DNA of 64,000 nucleotides from Candidatus Aenigmarchaeota archaeon LH_S7 (GTDB lineage Archaea; Aenigmatarchaeota; Aenigmatarchaeia; QMZS01). Positions within the stretch are counted from its first letter, which is position 1, and every line of letters starts with the position of its first letter. Shown here piece after piece: positions 28,766-38,178 of this stretch. Location: assembly GCA_023659895.1 (NCBI GenBank), contig JAGXOL010000001.1, positions 15,757 to 79,756 of the forward strand, read 5' to 3'. Below the pieces are notes generated by a model. It did not search any database, was not told the origin of the DNA, and saw nothing but the letters and a program-made list of their open reading frames with translations. The position numbers and the translations under genes were made by a program.

Positions 28766-30400
28766 TCACTTCTCAAGAATGTCTATATGAATCCCTAATC
28801 TATCTTCTAATTTGTCTATCTTTTTCCCTCTCTTCCCAATCAATTTAGGGATTGCTTCTTTGCTGATATAAATTTTAACCTTGTTACTAGAAACAAATTC
28901 TATTTTAGCTCTTGGGTCATATCTTTCAATTTCCCTTAGGACTTGTTCTCTTGCTAATTTTTCCACACCTGAATCTTCTTTCTCTTTCTCCTCAATAGGT
29001 ACAACAATTGTTTCCTCCCCATAGCTGTAGATCTCATATTCCAGTTTTCCTGTTTCAAATGAGTGGACTTCAACTAGAGGACGTGCTAAATCAGCTTCCT
29101 GCATCCCTGATGGAACTCTTACCTGCAGATTCAAGGAGTAAATTTCTTTTATTTCCCCATCCTCAACAAAGATTATTGTGTCTATAATGTTTTGTAACAT
29201 TCCTAGTTCAACCTTTCTTATGAATCTTTGTATTGCATCAATAGGATGGGAAGCATGAATTACACCTATCATTCCAACCCCAGCAAGCCGTAAATCACTA
29301 AAAACCCTAAAATCATAAGAAGTGCGGATTTCATCAAAGATTGTGTAATCAGGTCTAACCAACAACAGGATGTCCGCGGTTTTACCAAAATCCTTTAGCA
29401 AAGGAGCGTATTGAGTTATTTTTTTATCCACCTGCAAGTCCCTAGGACTTTCCATAGTCTTGACTACTTTATTCTTTTTGAGATAAAATTCTGCCATAGA
29501 AGCTGCTAGAGTTGATTTTCCACTTCCAGGAGGACCTGAAATTAAAATTCCCTCTGCTTTCTTTTCAACCCTTTCTTTCAATTTATCAGAAAGTTTGTAA
29601 TCATCTAAATCTAATTTTGCAATTGGTCTTATAATAGTTATTTCTTCCACACTTGAGAAGGGGGGTCTTGTAATAGAAATTCTCATGTCCCTAATTTGCA
29701 AGACCATTGCCCCGTGTTCTTCAAACTCAACAAATCCATATTCTTCCCTTCTCGCTTCTGTTAAAATATTTCTTGACAAACTTTCAAACTCATCTTTAGT
29801 TAGTTCCTCTTTTCTTAGTTTTTCAAGTCTTATTTTACCTGGCTTACCTCTTTTTGCCAGGGGGACACAATTGACTTTGAAATGGAGGGACATTGTGTTT
29901 TCCGTTAAAAAAGGAAGGAACTCAAGTTTCTGCTTCTCCTTTTCAACTTCCAAATATTGGACTTTTATATTATATACCTCAGCCACCAATGCTTGCACAA
30001 GGTCTCTTGTATACAAAACAGCTTTGTATTTCTTTGCTACATCCCTTATCATTGAATCTATGCTACCAGATTTAGCTAACTTAATTTCCTCCATGGTGGC
30101 TTTCCTTCCAACAAACTGCACTTTTATTTTCCTGTTGTTCAATTCTTTTATTTCCTCTAACCCAAGAAATCCTATTTCCTTACCTTTGTTCGCTTGTGCT
30201 TGCAGTTCATCAACAACAACTTCAGGAATTATAACTTTTATGTTTTTCAATTCTCCGCGATCTATTAATTCTGTAAGTTTTTTGGAGATTAGTATGCTTG
30301 TGTCAGGGACTATCTTTTTTTCTTTTGTGTTTTTATTTTGTTCAGTTTTAGCACTCTCTCTACTCTTTTTCTTAGTTGTTTCTTCTTTCTTTTTAATCAT
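28766..30400 (-). CDS. PIN-domain / P-loop ATPase / KH-domain protein (COG1855 family)
   Basis: N-term PIN (IVPDTSILI), Walker A ILISGPPGSGKSTLA, C-terminal KH (LIGKRGKKIDKLEDRLGI). Confidence 0.75.
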   Translation of the reverse strand: MIKKKEETTKKKSRESAKTEQNKNTKEKKIVPDTSILISKKLTELIDRGELKNIKVIIPEVVVDELQAQANKGKEIGFLGLEEIKELNNRKIKVQFVGRKATMEEIKLAKSGSIDSMIRDVAKKYKAVLYTRDLVQALVAEVYNIKVQYLEVEKEKQKLEFLPFLTENTMSLHFKVNCVPLAKRGKPGKIRLEKLRKEELTKDEFESLSRNILTEARREEYGFVEFEEHGAMVLQIRDMRISITRPPFSSVEEITIIRPIAKLDLDDYKLSDKLKERVEKKAEGILISGPPGSGKSTLAASMAEFYLKKNKVVKTMESPRDLQVDKKITQYAPLLKDFGKTADILLLVRPDYTIFDEIRTSYDFRVFSDLRLAGVGMIGVIHASHPIDAIQRFIRKVELGMLQNIIDTIIFVEDGEIKEIYSLNLQVRVPSGMQEADLARPLVEVHSFETGKLEYEIYSYGEETIVVPIEEKEKEDSGVEKLAREQVLREIERYDPRAKIEFVSSNKVKIYISKEAIPKLIGKRGKKIDKLEDRLGIHIDILEK

Positions 30401-30470
30401 AGTCTTGATTTTGGCTAAGCTTTTCTATTAAAATAGAAAAGTTCCATAATAAATTGAATAAAATAATATT

Positions 30471-31076
30471 ATGGATTTGAGTATAGTTGAAGGGGAATAT
30501 CTTGTAAAAACTGCTAGGGAGGCAATAGATTATAATTTGAAAAATTTTTCACTTATGAAACCTTCCCCTGTAAGTTATCCTAAGCTCAAAGAGAAAAGAG
30601 GCTTATTTTGTACATTATTGAAATATCCTGATGCAGAGCTTAGGGGTTGTATAGGTTTAATAAACCCAGATACAGACTTGGTTAATGCAACCATAGAAGC
30701 AAGTTGTTCCGCAATCCGAGACCCAAGATTTTATCCTTTGAAGGAGGATGAGCTAAAAAAAGTTACTATTGAGCTAAGTATTTTAGGGGATTTTGAGAAA
30801 ATTTTAGTTTATGAACCTAGAGATTACTTGAATCAAATCAAGATAGGGAAGGATGGACTCTTTTTAAAGTACCATTTCTATAGTTCTTTGTTCCTACCTC
30901 AAGTACCTGTGGAACAAAAATGGGATACTAAAACATATCTGTCGCAGCTTTGCAAGAAAGCAGGTTTGAGAGAAGGTGCTTGGCTGGATAAAGCAATAGG
31001 ACTTTACAAGTTTAAGACTCAAAGCTTTGCTGAATCAGAACCAGGTGGAAAAATTTTTGAGAGAAAGTTAACTTAA
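30471..31076 (+). CDS. AMMECR1-domain protein
   Basis: RGCIGLINPD signature. Confidence 0.75.
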   Translation: MDLSIVEGEYLVKTAREAIDYNLKNFSLMKPSPVSYPKLKEKRGLFCTLLKYPDAELRGCIGLINPDTDLVNATIEASCSAIRDPRFYPLKEDELKKVTIELSILGDFEKILVYEPRDYLNQIKIGKDGLFLKYHFYSSLFLPQVPVEQKWDTKTYLSQLCKKAGLREGAWLDKAIGLYKFKTQSFAESEPGGKIFERKLT

Positions 31077-31118
31077 TAGAAATCAGAACAGAGAATAAAA
31101 ACAAATAAAAAGAATTTT

Positions 31119-31988
31119 ATGTTTATAGAAATAAATAAGGTAATTAAAAAAATAAAAGAAGAAGATTATAAGAGAATTCTTATTCAGGTCCCAGAGGGTT
31201 TAAAAACAGAGGTTGTAAAAATTGCCGATAAAATAGAAAAACAAACCAAGGCACAGGTTATTATATCTGTAGAGCCCTGCTATGGAGCTTGTGATTTGCG
31301 ATTGGATGAAGCTAAACTTTTAGGTTGTGATTTGATTTTGCATTTTGGACATATTGATTTTGGTGTTAAAACAGAAATTCCTGTTCTTTATATTCCAGTT
31401 TATTTTGATTTAGAAATTCCAGAGAAAGTGAAAAAAGAGATTTCTGAAATAAAGGAGAAAAATTTAGCGATTTATTCTTCAGAACCCTTTAAAAAAGTTC
31501 TTGATGATTTGGGGAATTACCTGCTAAAAATAGGGAAGAATGTTGTTTCAAAGAAGATTATTCTTGGTTGCTCAGAAGTGAAAAATTCTGCTGAGGCAAA
31601 TATTTTCGTTGGCTCTGGAAAATTCCATCCTTTTGTCTTGAGAGGAAAAACTTATTTTCTTGATTTAGAAAAAAATAGGTTGGAAGATCTGACAGGGGAA
31701 GTTAAAAAAGAAGAAATGAAAAAAAAGGCGAGAGTTTTAAAATTTAAGGAAGCAAAAAAGGTTGGAATTCTTGTTTCAACAAAACCCGGGCAGTTTTACA
31801 AGGATTATGAGATTATAAAAAAGAAGATTGAGAGGGAAGGAAAAGAAGGAAGAATCTTGGTTTTGGATGAAATTACAAATGAAAAATTGGGTAGATTTGG
31901 TTTTGATGTTTATCTAAATACAGCCTGTCCAAGAATTCTAGATAATCATTTTGACAAACCAATTGTTAATCTAAAAGATTTATTTTAA
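31119..31988 (+). CDS. dph2: diphthamide biosynthesis enzyme Dph2-like (2-(3-amino-3-carboxypropyl)histidine synthase)
   Basis: N-term ILIQVPEGLK...EPCYGACD, conserved Cys-containing domains. Confidence 0.6.
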   Translation: MFIEINKVIKKIKEEDYKRILIQVPEGLKTEVVKIADKIEKQTKAQVIISVEPCYGACDLRLDEAKLLGCDLILHFGHIDFGVKTEIPVLYIPVYFDLEIPEKVKKEISEIKEKNLAIYSSEPFKKVLDDLGNYLLKIGKNVVSKKIILGCSEVKNSAEANIFVGSGKFHPFVLRGKTYFLDLEKNRLEDLTGEVKKEEMKKKARVLKFKEAKKVGILVSTKPGQFYKDYEIIKKKIEREGKEGRILVLDEITNEKLGRFGFDVYLNTACPRILDNHFDKPIVNLKDLF

Positions 31989-31995
31989 TTATTTT

Positions 31996-32529
31996 ATGGT
32001 AACAGCAAAAGAGAAAAGGGCAAGAGAATTATTTGAGCAGAGATATAAACCAAAAGAAGTTTCTGAAATTCCTCTTGGCAAGGGAACTAAAATCTCCGAT
32101 AGCACAATTAAAGGATATTACACTGCTTGGAGAAAAGGGTATGAAAATAATTCTGAGTATAGAAAAGATTTAGCAAGAATAAAAGAGTCTGAAAATCGTT
32201 CTGAGCATAGAGACTATTTGTCGAGAGAGGAAGGGTTTAAAAGTTATTCTGAATATCGAAAATATTTAAGAGATCCATATTTTAGAGAAATTTGGGATTC
32301 AGATGGATTAGATGAGGTAGGAAGAGATAATCACTATGTTTTAATGTTAAGGTTTTCTGAGATGAAGGATAAATTAGAAAGTGAGGCAAAAGGAGTTGGA
32401 GAAATAGAGGGAACAGAAGAATACGAGAAACTAGAAGAAATTCTTCCAAAAAAAGGTAATGAAAGAATAAAATATATTGGTAAATTAAAAAGAGGAGTAG
32501 AAATCCTAAACTATCAGGGAAAAGTATAA
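31996..32529 (+). CDS. hypothetical protein with short repeated SEYRK-type motifs
   Basis: NSEYRKDL / RSEHRDYL / YSEYRKYL repeats. Confidence 0.3.
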   Translation: MVTAKEKRARELFEQRYKPKEVSEIPLGKGTKISDSTIKGYYTAWRKGYENNSEYRKDLARIKESENRSEHRDYLSREEGFKSYSEYRKYLRDPYFREIWDSDGLDEVGRDNHYVLMLRFSEMKDKLESEAKGVGEIEGTEEYEKLEEILPKKGNERIKYIGKLKRGVEILNYQGKV

Positions 32530-32531
32530 TT

Positions 32532-32813
32532 ATGGTAACCTCGCCTCTCTCTATTTTGTTTGAAATATTTTTTGTAATTCTCTACAATACGGTCAATATA
32601 GTTATTATTGTTTTTAATTTGTTTATAAAACTGCTCTATTCCCTTAGTTTTGGTATTTCTGTTGCTGGACCTCTTGGAATAGTTCTTGCATTTGTTATTT
32701 TGATGCCTTTAACTTATTTCCTGGTAAAATTTTTCTTTGGTAGTGCAAAGATTGCTTTAATGACCCTTTCTATCTTGTTTCTATTTTTGATAATTATTTT
32801 TTTATCTGTGTAG
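32532..32813 (+). CDS. small membrane protein
   Basis: 93 aa, three hydrophobic helices. Confidence 0.3.
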   Translation: MVTSPLSILFEIFFVILYNTVNIVIIVFNLFIKLLYSLSFGISVAGPLGIVLAFVILMPLTYFLVKFFFGSAKIALMTLSILFLFLIIIFLSV

Positions 32814-32865
32814 GTTTGGATTATTACACTATTTATTTAAATCCTTTAAATTTGATATTGTAATT

Positions 32866-33252
32866 ATGCCGGAGTTTTTTTACAGGGGTAAAAAAGTAGA
32901 AAATTTAAGTAGAGAAGAATTTATAGAACTATTACCCTCTAGAGAGAGGAGGAAGTTTAGGAGAGGTTTGACTGAGCAGGAAACCAAATTTCTTGAAAAA
33001 CTTGAAAAATACAAGGAGCAGAAGGGAAAGAAATTTGTTAAGACCCATTGCAGGGAAATGATTGTTTTACCTGAAATGGTAGGTCACAAGGTTGGGGTTT
33101 ATAATGGTAAAGAATATATACCTATTGAAATTAATGAGTGGATGGTTGGACATTGTTTAGGTGAATTTGTTTTAACTAGGAAGGAAATCAAACACACTGC
33201 TCCAGGTATAGGAGCTTCTCGTGGTACTAAATTTGCATCAACCAGGAAATAA
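32866..33252 (+). CDS. rps19: ribosomal protein S19 (uS19)
   Basis: GHKVGVYNGKEYIPIEINEWMVGHCLGEFVLTRK...HTAPGIGA. Confidence 0.85.
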   Translation: MPEFFYRGKKVENLSREEFIELLPSRERRKFRRGLTEQETKFLEKLEKYKEQKGKKFVKTHCREMIVLPEMVGHKVGVYNGKEYIPIEINEWMVGHCLGEFVLTRKEIKHTAPGIGASRGTKFASTRK

Positions 33253-33254
33253 GT

Positions 33255-33965
33255 ATGTATAGTAAGGAAGTAGGAGGGAATATAGCTAAGGCGTGCACGC
33301 ACAATGCGAGAGTTTCAGTTAAGAACGCAAAACCTGTGTGCAGAGCAGTTAGAGGAATATATTTAGAAAGAGCAAAGAAGTTTCTGGAAGATGTTGTTAA
33401 ACAAAGAAGGAACATTGGAGGAAAATATTACACCAAATCCACAACAGAAATATTGAACTTAATAAAAAGTGCTGAAAAAAATGCGGAGTTCAAGAATCTT
33501 GATTTAAAAAATGTTTACATTGCTCACATCTCTGCCTTGGATGGGACAAGGATGTTAAGAAGAAGACACAAGAATAGTTTAGGGATGAAGTTGAAAACCG
33601 CAAATTTGGAAATTATCTTGAAGGAGAAAGGTGGTTTGGAGAGAGTAGAGAAAACAGAGAAAACAAAGAAAGATAAGATAAAGGAACAAGTTAAAAAGGC
33701 AGAATCAGAAAAGAGCAAAACTAAGGAGGAAGAAAAAGTTAAAAAAGAAGTGAAACCTGAACAAAAGGCACAAGAAAAGAAAGAAGCTGAGCAAGAACTA
33801 AAAAAACAGGAAAAGGAAGAAGAGGAAACTGAACAAAAAGAGAAACAGGAAAAAACAGAAACTAAAAAGGGAAAAGAAGGACAAAAACAAGAAACAAAAA
33901 AGGAAACTGAAAAGACAGAGGAGAAAAAAGAAAAAGCTAAAAAGGAAGCTGAAATAAAGGAATAA
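33255..33965 (+). CDS. rpl22: ribosomal protein L22 (uL22) with about 90-aa K/E-rich low-complexity C-terminal extension
   Basis: uL22 core (ARVSVKNAKPVCRAVRG...YIAHISALDG...) followed by KEEEKVKKEVKPEQKAQEKKE... tail. Confidence 0.8.
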   Translation: MYSKEVGGNIAKACTHNARVSVKNAKPVCRAVRGIYLERAKKFLEDVVKQRRNIGGKYYTKSTTEILNLIKSAEKNAEFKNLDLKNVYIAHISALDGTRMLRRRHKNSLGMKLKTANLEIILKEKGGLERVEKTEKTKKDKIKEQVKKAESEKSKTKEEEKVKKEVKPEQKAQEKKEAEQELKKQEKEEEETEQKEKQEKTETKKGKEGQKQETKKETEKTEEKKEKAKKEAEIKE

Positions 33966-33994
33966 GCGGAAAATCTATATCTAAATCATAATTC

Positions 33995-34387
33995 CTAATG
34001 ATTTGACAGGATTAGGACTGATGTACCGTAAAGAGCATTCTTAAAATTATTCAACCCTAAATCCTGTTCTTGTTCATTCCCTCCTTTTATTAACTTCCTT
34101 GAATCAGCAAATTTAAAAACTAAATCTTTATATCTTGTATTATCTGGAATAGAAGCCAAATAATATCTATATTCATGTCTTTTTTCATTATTTAAATATT
34201 CTATAAAAAAATTTCCCATATCTTGGCTAGTCCTATCATCAACTTCTCCAAAAGCTTTATAAGCAGCATAAGCTTCTGCAATAGTAGAGTCACTAATCAA
34301 TTCTTTTCTCTCCATGGAATAGACAGATTTAAGACTTGTGTAACACTTCAACAATGATTCCTTAGCTTCCTCCTCAAAATTTACCAT
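33995..34387 (-). CDS. hypothetical protein
   Basis: 130 aa ORF. Confidence 0.3.
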   Translation of the reverse strand: MVNFEEEAKESLLKCYTSLKSVYSMERKELISDSTIAEAYAAYKAFGEVDDRTSQDMGNFFIEYLNNEKRHEYRYYLASIPDNTRYKDLVFKFADSRKLIKGGNEQEQDLGLNNFKNALYGTSVLILSNH

Positions 34388-34508
34388 AATTTATAAATCT
34401 AATTAATATTAATAGCTTTCTATAAAATTAGTTAGACCCTTTTTGGAACTTCCTTTGTTTCTTTAGTTTTAATTTGTAGTTATCTCTTGTCCTTCTTTTA
34501 TAATTAAA

Positions 34509-35689
34509 AAAGGCAAGAAAACTCCCAAATCGTGTAGAGGATTTGCCCTTAAATAATTTAAAAACATAATTAAATATGGTCTGTGTTAGAAAAACGATTA
34601 AATGCAAGATAATAAAGCCAACAGAGTTAAAGTTGAATCAATTAAACAAAGAAAATAACAATATTCAAGAACTGCTACAATTAGAAAAATTTGGTTTAGA
34701 TTTTCTACCTATTTACAATTCTCTTAAAAAGAAGGTTTATTCTGCAAATATACAACAAGCCTTAAGATTTTATAAAAAGATTAAATTAGATAAAGAATAT
34801 CCAATATCCTTTAGAAAAGATTTGTTAGAGATTAGGAAAACAGATAACAAACTTTCAGAGTATTGGGTTAAAATACCTACTAAACAAAGAAAAGGTGGAC
34901 TAAAGTTAGCAATTAAATCACAACCTTTTCTCTTTGAAGATTATGAGATTTGTGAATCTAAATTATTTAAAAAGAAAAATAATTGGTTTTTAAACCTAAC
35001 AGTTCAAAAAGAAGTTGAACTGAATAATACTTATTCCTCTGTTCTCGGTCTTGATTTGGGACAGAAGTATATGGGAGTATCGGTGATGCAACCATCTGCT
35101 TTAATGACTCCTAAATTCTACGGCAAAGAAGTCAGAGGAATAAGAAGAAAATACGACTATATTAGAAAGCAACTTGGTGAAAAGAAACTGCTTAAAGAAA
35201 TAAAAAGGTTTGGACAGAAGGAGCAAAGAAAAGTAACTGATTGTCTCCATAAAATCTCTAATGAAATAGTAGATTTGGCTCTAACCAGTAATTCTACTAT
35301 TGTTGTTGGAGACCTGAAAGGGATTAGAAAATCAGCGAAAGGCAGAAACTTCAATAGAATAATCTCAAATATGCCTTATTATCAATTAACACAAATGCTC
35401 GAATACAAAGCAAATTGGAGTGGGATAAGAGTGGTTAAAGTGAATGAAAGGGGAACAAGTCATACTTGTTGTAAATGTAGTTCTAAAGGTTCAAGACCAA
35501 AACAAGGAGTTTTCAATTGTTCTGTTTGTGGACTAAAAGACTACAATGCTGACATAAATGGTGCTACTAATATAGGTAATAAAGTGTCTTCTGGGTATAT
35601 CTTGGAAGATGGGGCAACATTGACTTTGCCCGAAACTGGTGCAATATGACATCAGAATCTCTTGACTTTAGTGATGGGAGAGGGTCAAA
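34509..35689 (+). mobile_element. IS200/IS605-family TnpB-only element, copy 2
   Basis: Homologous ends and ORF to copy 1; conserved sequence continues about 40 nt past tnpB stop (candidate omega/reRNA and right end). Confidence 0.7.
34576..35649 (+). CDS. tnpB: TnpB (OrfB) family protein, paralog of 22466-23590
   Basis: 357 aa, about 90% aa identity to copy 1; zinc finger CCKCS...CSVCG. Confidence 0.8.
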   Translation: MVCVRKTIKCKIIKPTELKLNQLNKENNNIQELLQLEKFGLDFLPIYNSLKKKVYSANIQQALRFYKKIKLDKEYPISFRKDLLEIRKTDNKLSEYWVKIPTKQRKGGLKLAIKSQPFLFEDYEICESKLFKKKNNWFLNLTVQKEVELNNTYSSVLGLDLGQKYMGVSVMQPSALMTPKFYGKEVRGIRRKYDYIRKQLGEKKLLKEIKRFGQKEQRKVTDCLHKISNEIVDLALTSNSTIVVGDLKGIRKSAKGRNFNRIISNMPYYQLTQMLEYKANWSGIRVVKVNERGTSHTCCKCSSKGSRPKQGVFNCSVCGLKDYNADINGATNIGNKVSSGYILEDGATLTLPETGAI

Positions 35690-35867
35690 TTCCGAGAGGA
35701 GCAAGTAAGGTAAACACTGTATAAATTATAAACCCGAATACACCAAGAACTAATACACCCAAAGCTATGACTTTAGAATAATCTCTATATTCTTGCTTAT
35801 CTGGTTTTGAAGCTATAGTCATGATTCTCTTGGATTGATTCAAAAATGATTTTACTCTCTTCAACAT
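35685..35867 (-). CDS. secE: preprotein translocase SecE / Sec61 gamma
   Basis: 60 aa; SKPDKQEYRDYSKVIALGVLVLGVFGFIIYTVF matches Sec61-gamma C-terminal TM. Confidence 0.6.
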   Translation of the reverse strand: MLKRVKSFLNQSKRIMTIASKPDKQEYRDYSKVIALGVLVLGVFGFIIYTVFTLLAPLGI

Positions 35868-36343
35868 TATTAATTTTTGATTTAAATTTAAATATGGATT
35901 GGACAGATTTTCAAATTCTTTATTGGTTCTTTAGGAAAGCAAATACTGTATTATATCTGGGCAATATTGACCTCTTGAATTTCACCCTTAAGAACGCTGA
36001 AAAGGTTTATTTTGTTTCCCCTGAAAAAATTGAATTGGAGAAGCATAATCTAAAAAAATTTGAGGAAAACCCAGAATATATGGACTTATCTCTATTGCCA
36101 AAAAAAGTTGATAGGATAATAAACCTTTTACCTTTAAATGTTGTTACAAGTTTTAAAATAATGGGTCGTTTTTTAAATTTACTTGAAAAAGATATGAAAT
36201 TTTTGGTTCAACTAGAAATACCAAAGAAACAGGATAAGTATTCAAACTTGATTTTCCAGGATTTATTACCAAAATTAAATGCTGCTCAGATTTCTTATGT
36301 TGAGATAGAAGATACCAATTATTTAATTGGGAAGAAATTATAA
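35846..36343 (+). CDS. hypothetical protein
   Basis: 165 aa ORF. Confidence 0.3.
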   Translation: MILLSSTLLIFDLNLNMDWTDFQILYWFFRKANTVLYLGNIDLLNFTLKNAEKVYFVSPEKIELEKHNLKKFEENPEYMDLSLLPKKVDRIINLLPLNVVTSFKIMGRFLNLLEKDMKFLVQLEIPKKQDKYSNLIFQDLLPKLNAAQISYVEIEDTNYLIGKKL

Positions 36344-37340
36344 TATGGTTTCTATTAATGAACTTGATAATATTGTGGAGAAATTAAGGTCTTTGGAAGC
36401 AGAGAAGAAAAAGCTTGCAGATTTATTAAGAAAGATTGAAAAACTTTATTTTAAAATTTCTCCTGGAGACCTGAAAAATCTGAAGATTGGAGGGGAAGAT
36501 GGTGGATTAACAAAGAAATCCTCTCATTTAATGGATTTTGTTTTTTTGCGTGCAGTTGCTGTAGTTTTTAAGTATAACGGAGGAAAATTAGAGGATGTTG
36601 TTTATCACCCAAGAACAAATCCCACCCCTGAGATAACCTATTCTCCGGAATCCCTTTCAGATATTGAATTTAGAATATTTTGGAGTTTGCAGAGAATGAA
36701 GAAGGAAGTTAAGTTGAGTATAGATGCAATAAAAAAGCATTCTCCTGAATTGTTCTTGATGGATGGGAGCTTGATGATTAATCCAGGGGATGTCCCAAAA
36801 AAAGATAGTTCTGTTTATTCAGATTACCAGGAGCTGAAAAAATTGTTGAAAGAGTTGTATGAGGTAGGTAAAGAAAAAAATTGTATGATTGCTGGTGTTG
36901 TTGAGGACTCCCGTAGCTCTGTTTTTTGTGATTATGTAAGCAAGAATATTCTTGATGAAATTGAGAATTCGAAAGTACCTGATTTGAAAAATTTGTTAAA
37001 GAGGACAAGGGACACCAATTTATTATATTACATGTTGGAAAAAGGTGAAAGAACAATTACAGTTGATTTGGAAGATGGTGTGAAATGTTTTTATTTGAAA
37101 ACTGCTGAGTATGACAGACCTATCAGGATTGAGTTTTTGGAGAAAGAGAAGGAAATAGGAGAAATTGTTTATGCTATTTCCTCGCAAAACCAATTTTATG
37201 GTTTACCAAATGTTTTGATAGAGGCAGACCAGAGAGCAAAATTGTCAGAAAATGATACAGATTATTACACAAATCTGATTGCTTCCAAATTAGGGATTCA
37301 AAATATTTTCTTTTTGAGGAGGGATAATCGGCCGTTTTAA
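36327..37340 (+). CDS. NurA-like 5'-3' nuclease domain protein
   Basis: GGEDGG and LMDGSL (IDGS-type catalytic Asp motif) spaced as in NurA; no adjacent HerA. Confidence 0.5.
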   Translation: MGRNYNMVSINELDNIVEKLRSLEAEKKKLADLLRKIEKLYFKISPGDLKNLKIGGEDGGLTKKSSHLMDFVFLRAVAVVFKYNGGKLEDVVYHPRTNPTPEITYSPESLSDIEFRIFWSLQRMKKEVKLSIDAIKKHSPELFLMDGSLMINPGDVPKKDSSVYSDYQELKKLLKELYEVGKEKNCMIAGVVEDSRSSVFCDYVSKNILDEIENSKVPDLKNLLKRTRDTNLLYYMLEKGERTITVDLEDGVKCFYLKTAEYDRPIRIEFLEKEKEIGEIVYAISSQNQFYGLPNVLIEADQRAKLSENDTDYYTNLIASKLGIQNIFFLRRDNRPF

Positions 37341-37371
37341 TTTTTGGGTTATTACACAGTTATAATCTGTT

Positions 37372-37980
37372 TTGGATTTATATAATTTAAATACTTATTT
37401 ATTAGTAGTGGAAGATGAAAGAAACATATTTAAAAAAACAAAAGAAGATTTAAATGGAATATCCACAGAAATATCAGAATATGAAAATTTTATTGAAACT
37501 TTGAGAGAAGATGCCGATGGATCTCTTTCGAAAATTTATAGACTACCAGATAGCAAAAGATATAGATGCCATGAAGTTGCAAGACTTTTAAAAGATTATC
37601 TGGAAAAGCAGGGATATGAAGACCTTATAGTAAAAGATGGTATAGTTGAATATTCCCCTAAATTTTTGGTGGAAAAATATTTTCAAAAAGACTCTGAACT
37701 GACATATTTATTAGAAGAGCAGGCTCTTGAAGAAGATCAAAATAAAAAAAGTACCGGAAAAATTATTCACTCATGGATTGAGCAGGAAGATATTGTAATA
37801 GACTATCACCCTATTCTTGAAATCTCTCAAGATATATCGGCAAAGGAGGCTCTAATAGTAGAAGAAAAAAAGAAACTTGCGGGTAAGGCATATTATAATC
37901 CCTGTGGAAAGGAATTTGAAATATTTGGAAAGGGCTTTATATGGGTCTATCCCTTCAATTTTATTAAACTTGAAATGTAA
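37372..37980 (+). CDS. hypothetical protein
   Basis: 202 aa ORF. Confidence 0.3.
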   Translation: MDLYNLNTYLLVVEDERNIFKKTKEDLNGISTEISEYENFIETLREDADGSLSKIYRLPDSKRYRCHEVARLLKDYLEKQGYEDLIVKDGIVEYSPKFLVEKYFQKDSELTYLLEEQALEEDQNKKSTGKIIHSWIEQEDIVIDYHPILEISQDISAKEALIVEEKKKLAGKAYYNPCGKEFEIFGKGFIWVYPFNFIKLEM

Positions 37981-38178
37981 ACATTTATTATCTACTAAAA
38001 CTATAACACTGTAATAATCCATTTATTCCAAGTTAACTTAATCTTACTTGATCGTTTATATGAATTAGCTAAAAAGAAAAATAGTTTGAAAATAAAGAGT
38101 GTAAATATCTTAAAAAAATGGGGACAAGTTTTATTGTTTTTATAAAATCAGAGATGAAGAGCTGGAAGATATTTATTA

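Noticed and set aside
29685-30431. 248-aa plus-strand ORF
   Set aside because: Antisense to the conserved PIN-ATPase-KH gene; low-complexity Ser/Leu/Phe-rich translation typical of antisense frames in AT-rich DNA. The same applies to other antisense ORFs (e.g. 2430-2810, 38582-38905, 58095-58508, 60375-60584).
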